NCBI RefSeq assembly: GCF_009914755.1
Contig: NC_060927.1
DNA from: the human T2T-CHM13v2.0 reference genome, Homo sapiens
Direction: 5' to 3' (one strand)
Length of the DNA stretch: 64,000 nt
How positions within the stretch are numbered: the stretch's first letter is position 1; every line of letters begins with the position of its first letter. This document shows, in pieces, positions 48,960 to 64,000 of the stretch. The notes under the pieces were generated by a model that searched no databases, was not told the DNA's origin, and saw only the letters and a list, made by a program, of their open reading frames with translations. The position numbers were made by a program, and so were the translations under genes.

Positions 48960-49418
48960 AAGTTTTTGACAAGGATAATTATAAGGAGAATTCAAACACC
49001 AAATAAGCTTGCAGATCAAGGAAAATTTTACTCTAGCCTAATACCAAGTGCCGTCTCAAATCTACCTGGATGGCTTGAGATATGAGAGTGAGCACCATGG
49101 AGATTTTTCAAGGGCCTCCAGCTTCACAGGACAAAGAGTTTTACAACAAATGAAATGCTGATCAATTAAGAAAAGGATAAGGGTTATTCCTGAATAAACA
49201 ATAGGTAATTTCCACACCATTTATTTTTAAAAGCTCCTTGGAATTAGCAAGAGAGTGAACTTTCCCCTATCAGACCAACATTCCTGAGGCCAGTACTAAG
49301 TTACTTTTTTTTTCTTCCTTTCTGTTGTCAGAGGACAGTGGACAATATTTGTAAAGCATCAGGTTCCTTTTCCTCTGTTGATGGAACCTAATGCTTTCCG
49401 AGCATTGCAGTGATGTGG

Positions 49419-50146
<728 letters not shown>

Positions 50147-50430
50147 AAAGCATTATGGAATTTGTTAGTTAAATAAATGTGAAAATGAAATTCTTAGAAT
50201 ATGCTGGACTTTTTTGTAAAATGAAGAATTTCTCCTCCTGTAATAAGGAATTCTACACCTATAGACATTTTAAAAATAAAACACTTGACAAATATATAAT
50301 GATACTTTTATTATCAGTCAACATAGTCCTTGACAAAGTGAGCTTCGTTATAGAACTGTTTTTAGGAAAAAAAAAAAAACAGAGCTTAAAAAACAAAATA
50401 TATGTTAACTGGATAATATGTATTTCTGTA

Positions 50431-50730
50431 GGCTGGGTGCAATGGCTCACGCCTGTAATCCCAGCACTTTGGGAGGCCGAGGAAGGTGGATCATGAGGTC
50501 AGGAGTTCGAGACCAGCCTGGCCAACATAGTGAAACCCCATCTCTACTAAAAATACAAAAATTAGCCAGGCATGGTGGCACGTGCCTGTAGCCCAGCTAC
50601 TTGGGAGGTTGAGGCAGGAGAATCACTTCAACCTGGGAGGTGGAGGTTGCCGTGAGCTGAGGTAGTGCCACTGCATTCCAGCCTGGACAACAGAGTGAGA
50701 CTCCATCTCAAAAAAGAAAAAGAAAAAAAA
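50431..50730 (+). mobile_element. Alu
   Basis: Full dimer. Confidence 0.92.
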
Positions 50731-51110
50731 TATATATATACATATATATATTTCAATAAAATATTTTACAAAAATATGATAAAAGTTTATTGTAATATAA
50801 TCAGATTTCTGATTTTCACTCAATTTAAACCCAACCTAATGGCAAATGCAAACCCTAATAAGGCATTTTGTGGAACATCATACAGTTAACTCACCAACAG
50901 ATACCTTGGTGTATAGTATGGTATAGTGGCTAAGTGAGTTGGCTTAAGAGCCAGACTGTCTGGTTCAAATCCTGACTCTATAACTCAACAGCTATTGACC
51001 TTAGGCAAATTACTCAAACTTTAATGCTTCACCTCCAAAATGGACATAACCAGTATCCACTTCATAGGGTTGTTTCAAGTTAATAAAAGGAAAGCACAGG
51101 CATGAAGTAA

Positions 51111-51443
<333 letters not shown>

Positions 51444-51498
51444 AGGACTAATATTAAAGAAAGAAGAAAACACATTACTCTTCAGAAAGGTTGACTGA

Positions 51499-51587
51499 GA
51501 TGCTAAGTTAAAATACAGAGCCACAAATGAGCAACTGTAAAATCTGAATGTCTCTGTACTAGATGTTCCCCAAGTAAAAATACGTAT
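51499..51587 (-). repeat. Local dispersed module copy B (unassigned)
   Basis: gatgctaagttaaaatacag...gatgttccccaa shared with 47525-47617. Confidence 0.8.
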
Positions 51588-52107
51588 GTTGGCATAAAAA
51601 GCCAACATTGTATTTTCGGAGACATAGATTTTCTTGTTTGCTTTTTAGCATGCATACGATGAGACAAACAGTACCTTTCGCTATATATGTGAAGGTGTAG
51701 GTATTGTTTAAGAGGTGGGTATTTATCAGAGAATTTCATGGGGTATTCCATGTGATCTCAAAGTGAACTTTTTCCACTCTAATGATTGAGATCATACCCC
51801 ATAGCTCTTGAAGACAATCACATTTGATAACACACTGTGGATTTTCTGAAACTTCATTGTTATCGTAAGAAGTAAATATGTCAAATATATCGTACACAAT
51901 AACGTTTTCACAAAAGAATGTATAACAGTTGTTCATAAATAATTGGTGGGATGGATTGTATACCATGATTATTCCCAGTGGTGCCTTGTTTTATATAAAA
52001 AGCATTAATAATAGCTAACATTTACTGAGTACTAAATATGTGTAAGGAATAGTTTATGTGCTTTACATGTATTTTCTCATTCTATCCCCATGACAGCTGT
52101 GAAGTAG

Positions 52108-52459
<352 letters not shown>

Positions 52460-53079
52460 TATTATTCTAATCTGTTGGAAGTTCTGAGAGGTTAAGAAGT
52501 TTGTTCACTATCACATATAAGTTGTAAAGATGATTCAAAACCATGCAGTCTGATCTCTTAACCCATATTATTAACCATCTCATTATGCCACAAAGACATA
52601 AACTATCAGGCATCTCTTCACTTTTCAAAAAAAGTTTACTCAAAGTTTTATCAGCACATCCTAATGCTTCTAAAATATGATATCACTTATAAAACCCTGT
52701 ATCACACACATCTCAGGAGCATACAATTTGCATAAAATTATTTTTTATCAGTTCACTCTGGAAAAATAGCATATTACTCTCCTTTTAAAATAATTTTTAC
52801 CTTCAAATCATCTGGTTAAATGCTTTTAAATCAATCTATACGTGATTACTCACTTAATGTACTTGAATTACAAATCTAAAATGCACAAAACCAAAAATAT
52901 CATTTTCTATTTGGAGATGCATATATATGTAACAGTTTCCTGTGATAGAGGATACTGCAGGGTATAAATAAATTTCAAAAAGGCTATGATTAGTATCTTT
53001 AAAGAAAAAAGATAAAACACTGAATCCATGAAACAAAAACAGGCTCACATTAAAACAAGAATTCTTGGAGAACAGGAAA

Positions 53080-53604
53080 TGTGCAGCAGCCAGCTTCCAA
53101 GATGGTCCCCAGTGATTGATTCCCGCCTCCTAATACTCAAAGCCTATGTTATCTCCTCCCACACTGTATCAGGGTTGGTCTTCTTGACCTATAGAATACA
53201 ACAGAAGTGATGTTATTTGACTTCTGAGACTGAGATGTAAAAGACATTGTGTTTCTGCCTTGTTCTTTCTCAGGTCACTTAACCGTGAGAAGCTAGCTGC
53301 CATGTTATGAGGCTGCTCAAGCAGCTTTATAAAGAAGTCCACACAACAAAGAAGTGAGGCCTTCTGCCAATAGCCATGCAGATTACCATCTCAGATGCCC
53401 ATCCTCCAGCCCCAGTCAAGCCTTCAGATGATTGCAGCTCTGGCCAATGTCTTGACTGCAACTTCACAGGAGTCCCTGAGCCAAACCACTCAACTAAGCT
53501 ATTCCTGAATTCCTGGGCCACAGAGACTGACACAATACATATTTGAAGGCTTAAGTTGCTATATTTTGGGGTGATTTGTTACACAACAATAAATAACTAG
53601 TACA
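53080..53604 (+). mobile_element. MLT1 (MLT1F-like) MaLR LTR
   Basis: cagccccagtcaagccttcagatga...tttgttacacaacaataaataactagtaca. Confidence 0.8.
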
Positions 53605-53609
53605 AAAGA

Positions 53610-54280
53610 TTACTTTAAATTAAAAATACAACAGCAGGAGTTAAAAATACAATAGATGTTTAAAGATAAAGTTGAGGAAATCTCCCTTACTAGAATAAGT
53701 GGCAAAAAGGTAGAGAACAGGACAGATAAGATTAGAAACCTGGAAGACAAATCTACCATATCTAACCAGAAAGAGTTCCAGAAAGAGAGAACAGTAAAAA
53801 GGGGTGAGGAGGAAAAGGAGAATATTATGAAATAATTTTGTAAATGTTTCAGAAGACCGTGACTTTCTAGTTTGAAATAATCCACTTGGTCCTCAGCAAA
53901 ATGAATGAAAAACCATGGAAATCAAAGCAAGTGATTGTGAAATTCCAGAATCTCTGAGTGTACAGAAAGATGCTGAAAACTTCCATGAAGAAAAAAACAT
54001 GTCACATACAGAAAATCAAGGGTTAGACTGACACTTGACTTCTCACCATAACATTAGAAGATAAAAGACAATAAAGCAAAGCCTTCAAAATTCCAAAGAC
54101 AGATGATTTCCAACCTATGTTTCTATATCCAGTCAAGCTATCAATCAAGTATGAGATTAAATAGTCATTTCATATATGTTACTCAAAAACTTTATCTCCA
54201 TGAATTCTTTCACACGAAGCTACTGGAACACATGTAACTATTGAAATGAGGTATTAAATCAAGAAAGAGAACATATAGGA
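53610..54280 (+). mobile_element. Old L1M ORF1-region fragment; a 3'-end fragment lies at ~56090-56400
   Basis: A-rich; gagttccagaaagagagaacag and ccagtcaagctatcaatcaag motifs. Confidence 0.65.
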
Positions 54281-54627
54281 GGGGGAATTAGGGGAAAAAA
54301 AGAACACACAGTCTTGATGCAGAATTTAGAATTAAAGGTTTATATTAATTAACACATCAATTCATCAATCTCCTTTTAAAAGGGAAACTCCCGCCTGGCC
54401 TCCCCCAACCAGGGCCATTCGCAGGTGGGTTGGCAACCTTTGGGTAAAAAGTGTGGCCTGCATCTTCTATTTTTCCTAGTCAATTCCATTCTCACTCCCT
54501 AGCTGCTGTTTCAACTGCCCTGAGGTTGGGGTGAAGGGCATGAAAGAAGGGCAGGTATGTTCTCACTTAGATGGTACTATTGTACGTTGGCCTCACACTC
54601 TTTGAGCCTCCTGGACCACTTCTTTAA

Positions 54628-55164
<537 letters not shown>

Positions 55165-55256
55165 TAATTCCCAAGACATTTCACTCTCTCTTGCACAGTG
55201 CACATCTAGAAACATTCTTTACCAGAACAAACTCTGAGTAGCCAGGACATTCATAA

Positions 55257-55770
<514 letters not shown>

Positions 55771-57242
55771 TCCTCCCATCTTTAATAGTTGGGAATCAGC
55801 ACAGCTTTGCCAAAGAAATTTATTTCACAAAATCCTTTTCCAATCTTCACTCTTTATACTTCTTTATCTTCCTTATGGGTAAGGGATTGTCTGAATCATG
55901 AAACCAGTATATATCTACACAGTTTTTTGGGGTTTTCTTTGGAAATTTCTTCTTGGTCTAATACTGACACTGGAATTTCATATCGATTGTATGTCAGTGC
56001 CTAAATCAAAACTTCAAATTCCACCACCTGTCACACTCACATGATCATCATAATGTAGCCTGAATTTTGATTTAACCAGGATTATGACACAATTATATTA
56101 ACTATAGTGAGAGAAGAGGGTTGAGGGGGGGACAGTATCCAGTAGGGAAACAAGCTAAGTCTTCATCTTCCATAGAACACTGTCAATTAAAAATTTAAGA
56201 AATAACAGTATATTATTTACAAATACGGAAGCAAATGCCAGAAGAAATTGTTAAAAGAGTTGAAAGTGGTGGTCTCTGGGGAGTAGGGCTGGGGAACCAG
56301 CAGTTTTAAGATCAAACAGCCATAAGTGGTTTATAATAAAAAAGAGTGTTTGACTTCATAAACGAGGCTCACATGTTACTTTAATAAATAATTTAAATTA
56401 GCAAAAGGGAGACATCTGGATTTTTTTCCCCAAAACATATAATAAAAGGCAAATAGCAGTGGCATAAAGTATATAATAAAATGTATTTTTTTCAATTAAG
56501 GAAAGAATTTCCTGTGAGTGCAGTTGTAATCTGTATCACAGCAAGAATGATACATAGCTATGTCCCTGGAATGTCTAACAGGAAGAATGTTTACTTATAT
56601 TACAAAGGAATGCTTTGGAATATGTTTTCCCCTCATACACCAAATAAAAATGTCTCTACCTAATATAAGAAGTTTTAAATGACCCCATGAACTGCAGTTA
56701 AGAAAGGAAATGCCACCAAGAAAATAGGGGACCAAGAGTGCTCAGATTTGAGCAAGACTGAGGTCTACACATCAGTCACCCTTCCCCATGTTCCCAGGTA
56801 CAGCTGATGCCTGGAGTTCGTCAGCCTGGTAAATAGAACAATCCACCTCAGCTAATGCAGGGATAGTGTCTACAAAGAATTTAAAGAAAACTTTAATGCA
56901 TACATTAGCAAAGGCTTAAGAACCCAATGTAAAGGGACCCTGTTATAACAAACTGACATCCTTACTAGACAAGGCCAGTGTGAACCTCACACAGAAAGGG
57001 ATCAACAGAACCTGGCGGGAAAGGAATGCAGATCAAACCTCAAACCAGGCTACAAGTTCCTCCCGGTTCCAGGAGGCACTGGAAATGTATATGAGAATCG
57101 TGTATTTATCTTTAACATAGTTTACAGCAAAGAGTTTTCATGCTCAAGTAGATTTAATCAAACATAAATGCTTTTACTGTCCTTATAAAACCCCAAGTTA
57201 AAAAACCTCTCTGAGCAATTGGCATAGATCTGTGTCTGGATA

Positions 57243-57537
<295 letters not shown>

Positions 57538-59239
57538 TGATTTATTCAATTATCCTGCAATTCTCCTTCAGTCTCAAGCAAGAAGGAAAGTCCTTTGTAA
57601 CTTTTTACCTAAGGAATTTTTACAGAGCCCAAAACATATACATATGAAGTCAGGGGCTCTTCTGGTCTCTGCAAAACCAAAGTCCATAGAAGACATAACC
57701 CTGTGTGTCTTGCAGTAGAAGTAGAGAGGAAAATATTTTTAAGAATGGGAGAGAGAGAGCACAGATTCTGGAGACTGGACAGGGGACAGACGTTGGTGGG
57801 TTCTGAAAAGTATCAGGAGCCTATGCATAGCTTGATAGCCATGTCCAAATGACGAGGAAAGATCTCCAAGCGGAAGGCTTGTCATCCCCCTAAGGAGAAC
57901 AGACCCCAAGACACAGGGACTCCCAGGATCCCCAAAGATTCTCCTACCCCGGGCATGGTCCAGAAGCAGCAAAGCACTTAAACCTTGCTGGTGAGACACA
58001 GGTCCATCAGCAGAAACCAGCATGAGCCGTCGCTCACTAAACAGAACGATCAGTGTTCCCCCAGAATCTTAGCATGGTCCCACGGGAAGAGCCAGTCATG
58101 ACAGTGAATACTGTCCCTGTTCTGCAGGATGGGGGCTCAGAGTCAGATTTCTGTTGATTTGAGGAAAATAAGGAAATGCGATATTTTCTGCACAGCTGAG
58201 CTCGTGAACTGGAATTCATTCCCACAACAGACAGGTATCTGGAACAATGGATTCTACCTGACTTTCACAGGCACCGTTTTCATGTCCAGTGGAGATAAAA
58301 ATCAGATAATTGACCCCTCTTACAGAATGATGTCTTAATAAATTTCAATGAATAAATGGAGTGGAGAAGTTTTTAAAAAGTAATTCCTCATTGGGAGCAG
58401 TTATCATCCCATTTCTGACTAGTTAGGTATATTGTTTGATGGATTAAGTTTAAAGTGTGGAAAATAGGTAAATCAGTCCAGTTTGTTAATTCTGATAGTT
58501 CAAATATGGAATGCATTTATAGTTACAGTATGTATCATGAGAACTTCAAGAGATTTAAGAATACTATGAAGGTATATTTGCTTCTAAGAAAGAACTCCCC
58601 CTAAGATCAAAAATCGATTCATGGTTCCAGCATACTTCTTATTGCTTAATAACATTATAGAGGAAAGGAAGGTATATTCTACATGAGTCAATTAGATTTT
58701 ATTTCTTTTGATCCGTATAGAATCCTTAGTATAATTATTAAAATTCACATTGGAAAAAAAAATTTTAGCTAATTTTAAAAGACTCCATCAAATACTTTCA
58801 ATTCATTAATTTAGTGGGGTTCCCAAACCTAATGTTTTCATGCCTTTGTAATTTCAAAAGCCATAGTTAGGGAGTTTATTCTTAACATAACAAGAAATTT
58901 AAGACATCGAGATTAGTGCAATAGACAAAGTATGAGATACTCTCTCTTGATCTAAAGCAAAATCAATCGGAACAGATTCCTTACCCAAACCAGAAGCATT
59001 AACAAAATGTAATCTGTTAATTGCAAACAAACTAAAATTATTAAATAACCTGAAGTTAAATTACATTTCTCATTCCAGAAATATAAATACTAGTAGGTTT
59101 TTTTTCCGCTTGGCATTACAAAGTTATATGGAAGGAAGGAAGAAGGAAAGGAAGGGAAGATGGGAGAAAGGGAGAAGAGGAAGGCAGGAGAAAAGGGAGA
59201 AAGGAAGGGGCTGCCTTGCCTTAACAATCTTACAATGCC

Positions 59240-59863
<624 letters not shown>

Positions 59864-60337
59864 AATCTTACAATCTTATTGAGAGAAAAAAATACAACTG
59901 AAAAAAATTAATAAGCAAAGCAACACAATCACATGCTAGATTAGATGCCACAATCAGCTGATACATCATTTCACTAAACAGCCTGCATATTAAACAACCG
60001 TTCCGTTTTGTGTATGTGGAATATTTTATTATCAATTATTAGGTGCCCAATGTATGTCAATATCAAATAAAGGGCAAGGAACCTGGAAAAGAATTGAGGA
60101 CAGATGGAATCATTCATCAAGAAGTGGTTCTCTATTGATTTCACTGAAACCCAAGGTTACCTTTAATATTGTTATGTCTCCATCTTTTAGAGAGATTTTT
60201 GGTTTTAATTTTCTTCTTCTCCTTTCCATTTCAGTCTTCTCCAGCAACAAAAGCCAGTAGGCCCAGGTAGTAGCACAAAGTGTTCAGGGTAAAAAAGACC
60301 TGAGTTAGAGTCTTACCTGGACCTTTCCATAACAACG

Positions 60338-60668
<331 letters not shown>

Positions 60669-61004
60669 TGAGAGAAATTTACTAATTTGAGTCTAGATTG
60701 GTGTATTTCTGGATACGGTGTCTTAAAACCAGTTAAGCATGCCATACTGAAAACAAAATTAAAGTTACACTTTATTAAAAATCATTGTTTTTTGTGTCTG
60801 CCATACATAGTCTTGGGCTAAGGAGTTAACTCCGTTTGTCTCCACTTCTTCACAGGTAAAAGGAGACATTAGTGCTAAGCTCACAGAGTGAGGATGAGAA
60901 AAGCGCAGTTAAGAAGCTAGCATCTGGAACAGACAAGGCGTGGAATCAGATCAGTGGTGGCCGTTATTCTTTCCCATAAAAAAGTGAGGATGTCTATTGT
61001 AGAG

Positions 61005-61146
61005 CAGTGTTTCTCAAGCTTTAAAGCGTATATGAAACATCTAGGATATTGTTACAATGCAGATTCTGATTCAGTAGGTCTGGGATAAGGCCTGAGATTT
61101 GTCATTTCTAATGTTGTTGATTCAGACACCACTCTAAGCAGTACAA
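61005..61146. mobile_element. MER5A-like hAT MITE
   Basis: cagtgtttctcaa...gcagattctgattcagtaggtctggg...ggcctgaga. Confidence 0.8.
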
Positions 61147-61255
61147 TTTCGGAGATAAAAAGAACATGGAAATGTCAGAGGAGAAAGATTAACGTGAAGG
61201 GAAATAAACCAACATTTATAGAATGCCTACTGTATGCCTAGAAATATATACATAA

Positions 61256-61567
<312 letters not shown>

Positions 61568-61739
61568 AAACACACCTTTTTTCCCCCTCATTTTATCCTT
61601 AAAATAACTCTGAGAAGTAGGGTTTATTTCCTTTATATACAGCAGGAAATTGAGAATCAGGTGCCCTTGTTCATAAGAGATTGCTATAATCCAAAGTTCA
61701 CATTCACTGCACACCTTGAGAAAGGACACTGAGGTAGCC

Positions 61740-61990
61740 ACATCAACGGAAGTAGATAAGGACAAAGGAGTCTAAGTGCGAGAGAGTGACCACGTAGGGG
61801 CGGGCACCAGGGGCCTGCGGAGGGAGAAGTGAAGGGGCTCAGGGATGCGTGAGTACAGGAACGGACTGCAGGGGTAATAAACCGCCTTGTTCCCAAACGC
61901 CTTTAAAAGCCAGGCTAGTTGCCGTTCTAAGTCCATCACCTTTTGGGTCAAATCATCATTGACAACGCACTGATGCAACTGTCGCCTTCC
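61740..61990. promoter_or_regulatory. Candidate promoter/enhancer patch
   Basis: 12 CpG in ~250 bp of non-repeat DNA; GC box GGGGCGGG (~61797); MYB-type CAACGG/CAACTG; TGATGCAAC (ATF4-C/EBP-like, 61971); TTTAAAA (~61902). Confidence 0.4.
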
Positions 61991-62922
61991 ATGCAATAAA
62001 AAAAATGGATCTGGTGCTACTTCACCTCTCCAAGTTGTTTCTATGGTTACCAAGATAAGGAAGAAAATGCAAAGAGGTCAAAAAGAGAACAAAAGTCCTG
62101 CAATTCTGTAGGGACTTTCTCCGCCACTGAGCTTGGCAAAGAGTTCATATCTAATCTAAGTTCAACACTGCACTAGCAAACAAGAGCTGGAGCCAAAGTT
62201 ATGAGTTCATGATTATAATGAGGTCTAACAGGTGAATGTCACATGGCAAGAGAAAAATGCTGCCATAAGACAATTGCAGTGTTTAGGTTCCATAAACTGT
62301 GAACTTCATTTAGGGCAGACACAAAAAACATAATTGTTTTTAACAAGCTACAACCTTAATTTTGTTTTCAGAATGACATATGTAACTGTTTTTATGGCTC
62401 CATATTTAGAAATATACCAATTTGGGCCCAAGTTAATACATTTCTTCAAAAGTTGTCATGAAACCTGTAATTGTTAAATAGAAAGAATTCATGTAATCTG
62501 TTTCATTAAACTACCAACTCCATTCCTTGAGGATACAGAGCCTGGGATTAATTGGATTGAATAATTCCTCCTCCTTGCCTGCATGAGTAGGACCTAGCTG
62601 TGATAATCCCTCATAGTAATCATGATCAAAGAATCAAAATAACACCAGGAAAATGGTAAAGGAACGTGATCAAGAGAAAAGCAGGACCAACTTCATGACA
62701 AGGGAAACCAACACGTATTTAGTCTACATAAATGAATTTTATTTAATCTTCACAAACTTGTGAGCTAGGTAATGATATGCCAGTTTTACAGATACTAGGA
62801 CTGAGGTTCAGATAAGTTAATTAACTTGTTCCTGATCATACTACTAGTAAGTGGCAGTTAGGATTTAAAAAGACAAGGGCAATGCTCTTACAAAGCATAT
62901 AGGGATTGTAATACAAAGTGTT

Positions 62923-63283
62923 GGCCGGGCACGGTGGCTCACGCCTGTAATCCCAGCACTTCGGGAGGCCGGGGAGGGTGGATCACGAGGTCAGGAGTTC
63001 AAGACCAGCCTGGCCAAGGTGGCGAAACCCTGTCTTTACTAAAAATACAAAAATTAGCCAGGTGTGGTGGTAGGCACCTGTAATCCTAGCTACTCAGAAG
63101 GCTGAGGCAGAGAATTGCTTGAACCCGGGAGGCAGAGGTTGCAGTGAGCCGAGATCACGCCACTGCACTCCGGCCTATAGTCCCAGTCCCTGTAGCTGGG
63201 ACTACAGGAGCATGCCACTTCACGCAGTTTATTTTCTACTATCTTATCAATAGAGCGAGACTCCATCCAAAAAAAAAAAAAAA
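62923..63283 (+). mobile_element. Alu with internal fold-back insertion
   Basis: ~75-nt insert at 63177-63251 replaces the canonical gggcgac. Confidence 0.9.
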
Positions 63284-63431
63284 CAGAAATGTTACATGGG
63301 ACTTTGGAAAGTATTAACAGCAATCTCTCCTGTGTACCATCAACTCGCATCACTGGCCTCCTTTCTGAGGCACTGGTTCTTAGTTCCAGGCCATCCTGAC
63401 TAGAATGACTCCAACTGTGAAATCCATCACA

Positions 63432-63794
<363 letters not shown>

Positions 63795-64000
63795 TCAGCT
63801 TCACTCCTACAGGCTTCTCCCATGGGGATGATGCTCATCTGCTCCCCTGAGCTCCCCATGATGAAAAGCAAGCCCTGGATGCCCACATGAGCACCAAGGA
63901 GCCACTATTTCTATCTAAAATTTTAGACTGAAATTTCACTAAAAATGACCGGGTTCATAGCTGGCCCTTGGTGCCTGGTTGTACCCCCTTCCTGAATCTC

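Noticed and set aside
51736-51966. ORF with faint likeness to the bornavirus G N-terminus (C..ENVI..SY..C..C..WG)
   Set aside because: Only a few scattered residues match, there is no similarity downstream, and no poly(A)/TSD is visible. A tblastn or HMM search would be needed to revive it.
61772-62053. 93-aa minus-strand ORF over the CpG patch
   Set aside because: No homology recognised; length is compatible with chance in GC-richer DNA

Overview
Primate (probably human) intergenic or intronic DNA dominated by interspersed repeats, with no supportable protein-coding gene. Nearly all ORF-track hits are Alu, L1 or ERV translations. From left to right the window holds: an ERV1 env remnant (1-1.5 kb); an old L1M scaffold carrying an internally deleted L1PB, a solo ERVL LTR and Alus (2-9 kb); MIR, MER1B and L1PA16-like elements (12-16 kb); an ~11-kb minus-strand class I provirus with a tRNA-Pro PBS (LTR25/HUERS-P3-like, degenerate gag-pro-pol, truncated 3' LTR, compound minisatellite in its leader; 17-28 kb); a perfect palindromic 29-bp VNTR (28.3 kb); MER34, MST, LTR7 and MLT1 LTRs; and about 40 Alus. 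The most unusual signal is in the non-repeat islands from ~38.9 to 52 kb. Short, diverged, locally repeated modules occur there in both orientations: a GGGGAACATC...CTGTATTTTAACT block, a 3'-splice-site-like block and a duplicated box C/D-like block. They sit next to strand-biased hairpins, which suggests a decayed or uncharacterised small-RNA/structured-ncRNA host array. A CpG- and MYB-motif-rich promoter-like patch at ~61.8 kb adjoins long rod-like hairpins. Several templated-insertion and fold-back scars are also visible. Repeat subfamily names come from visual recognition and most boundaries are approximate; all RNA-function claims are unverified inference.
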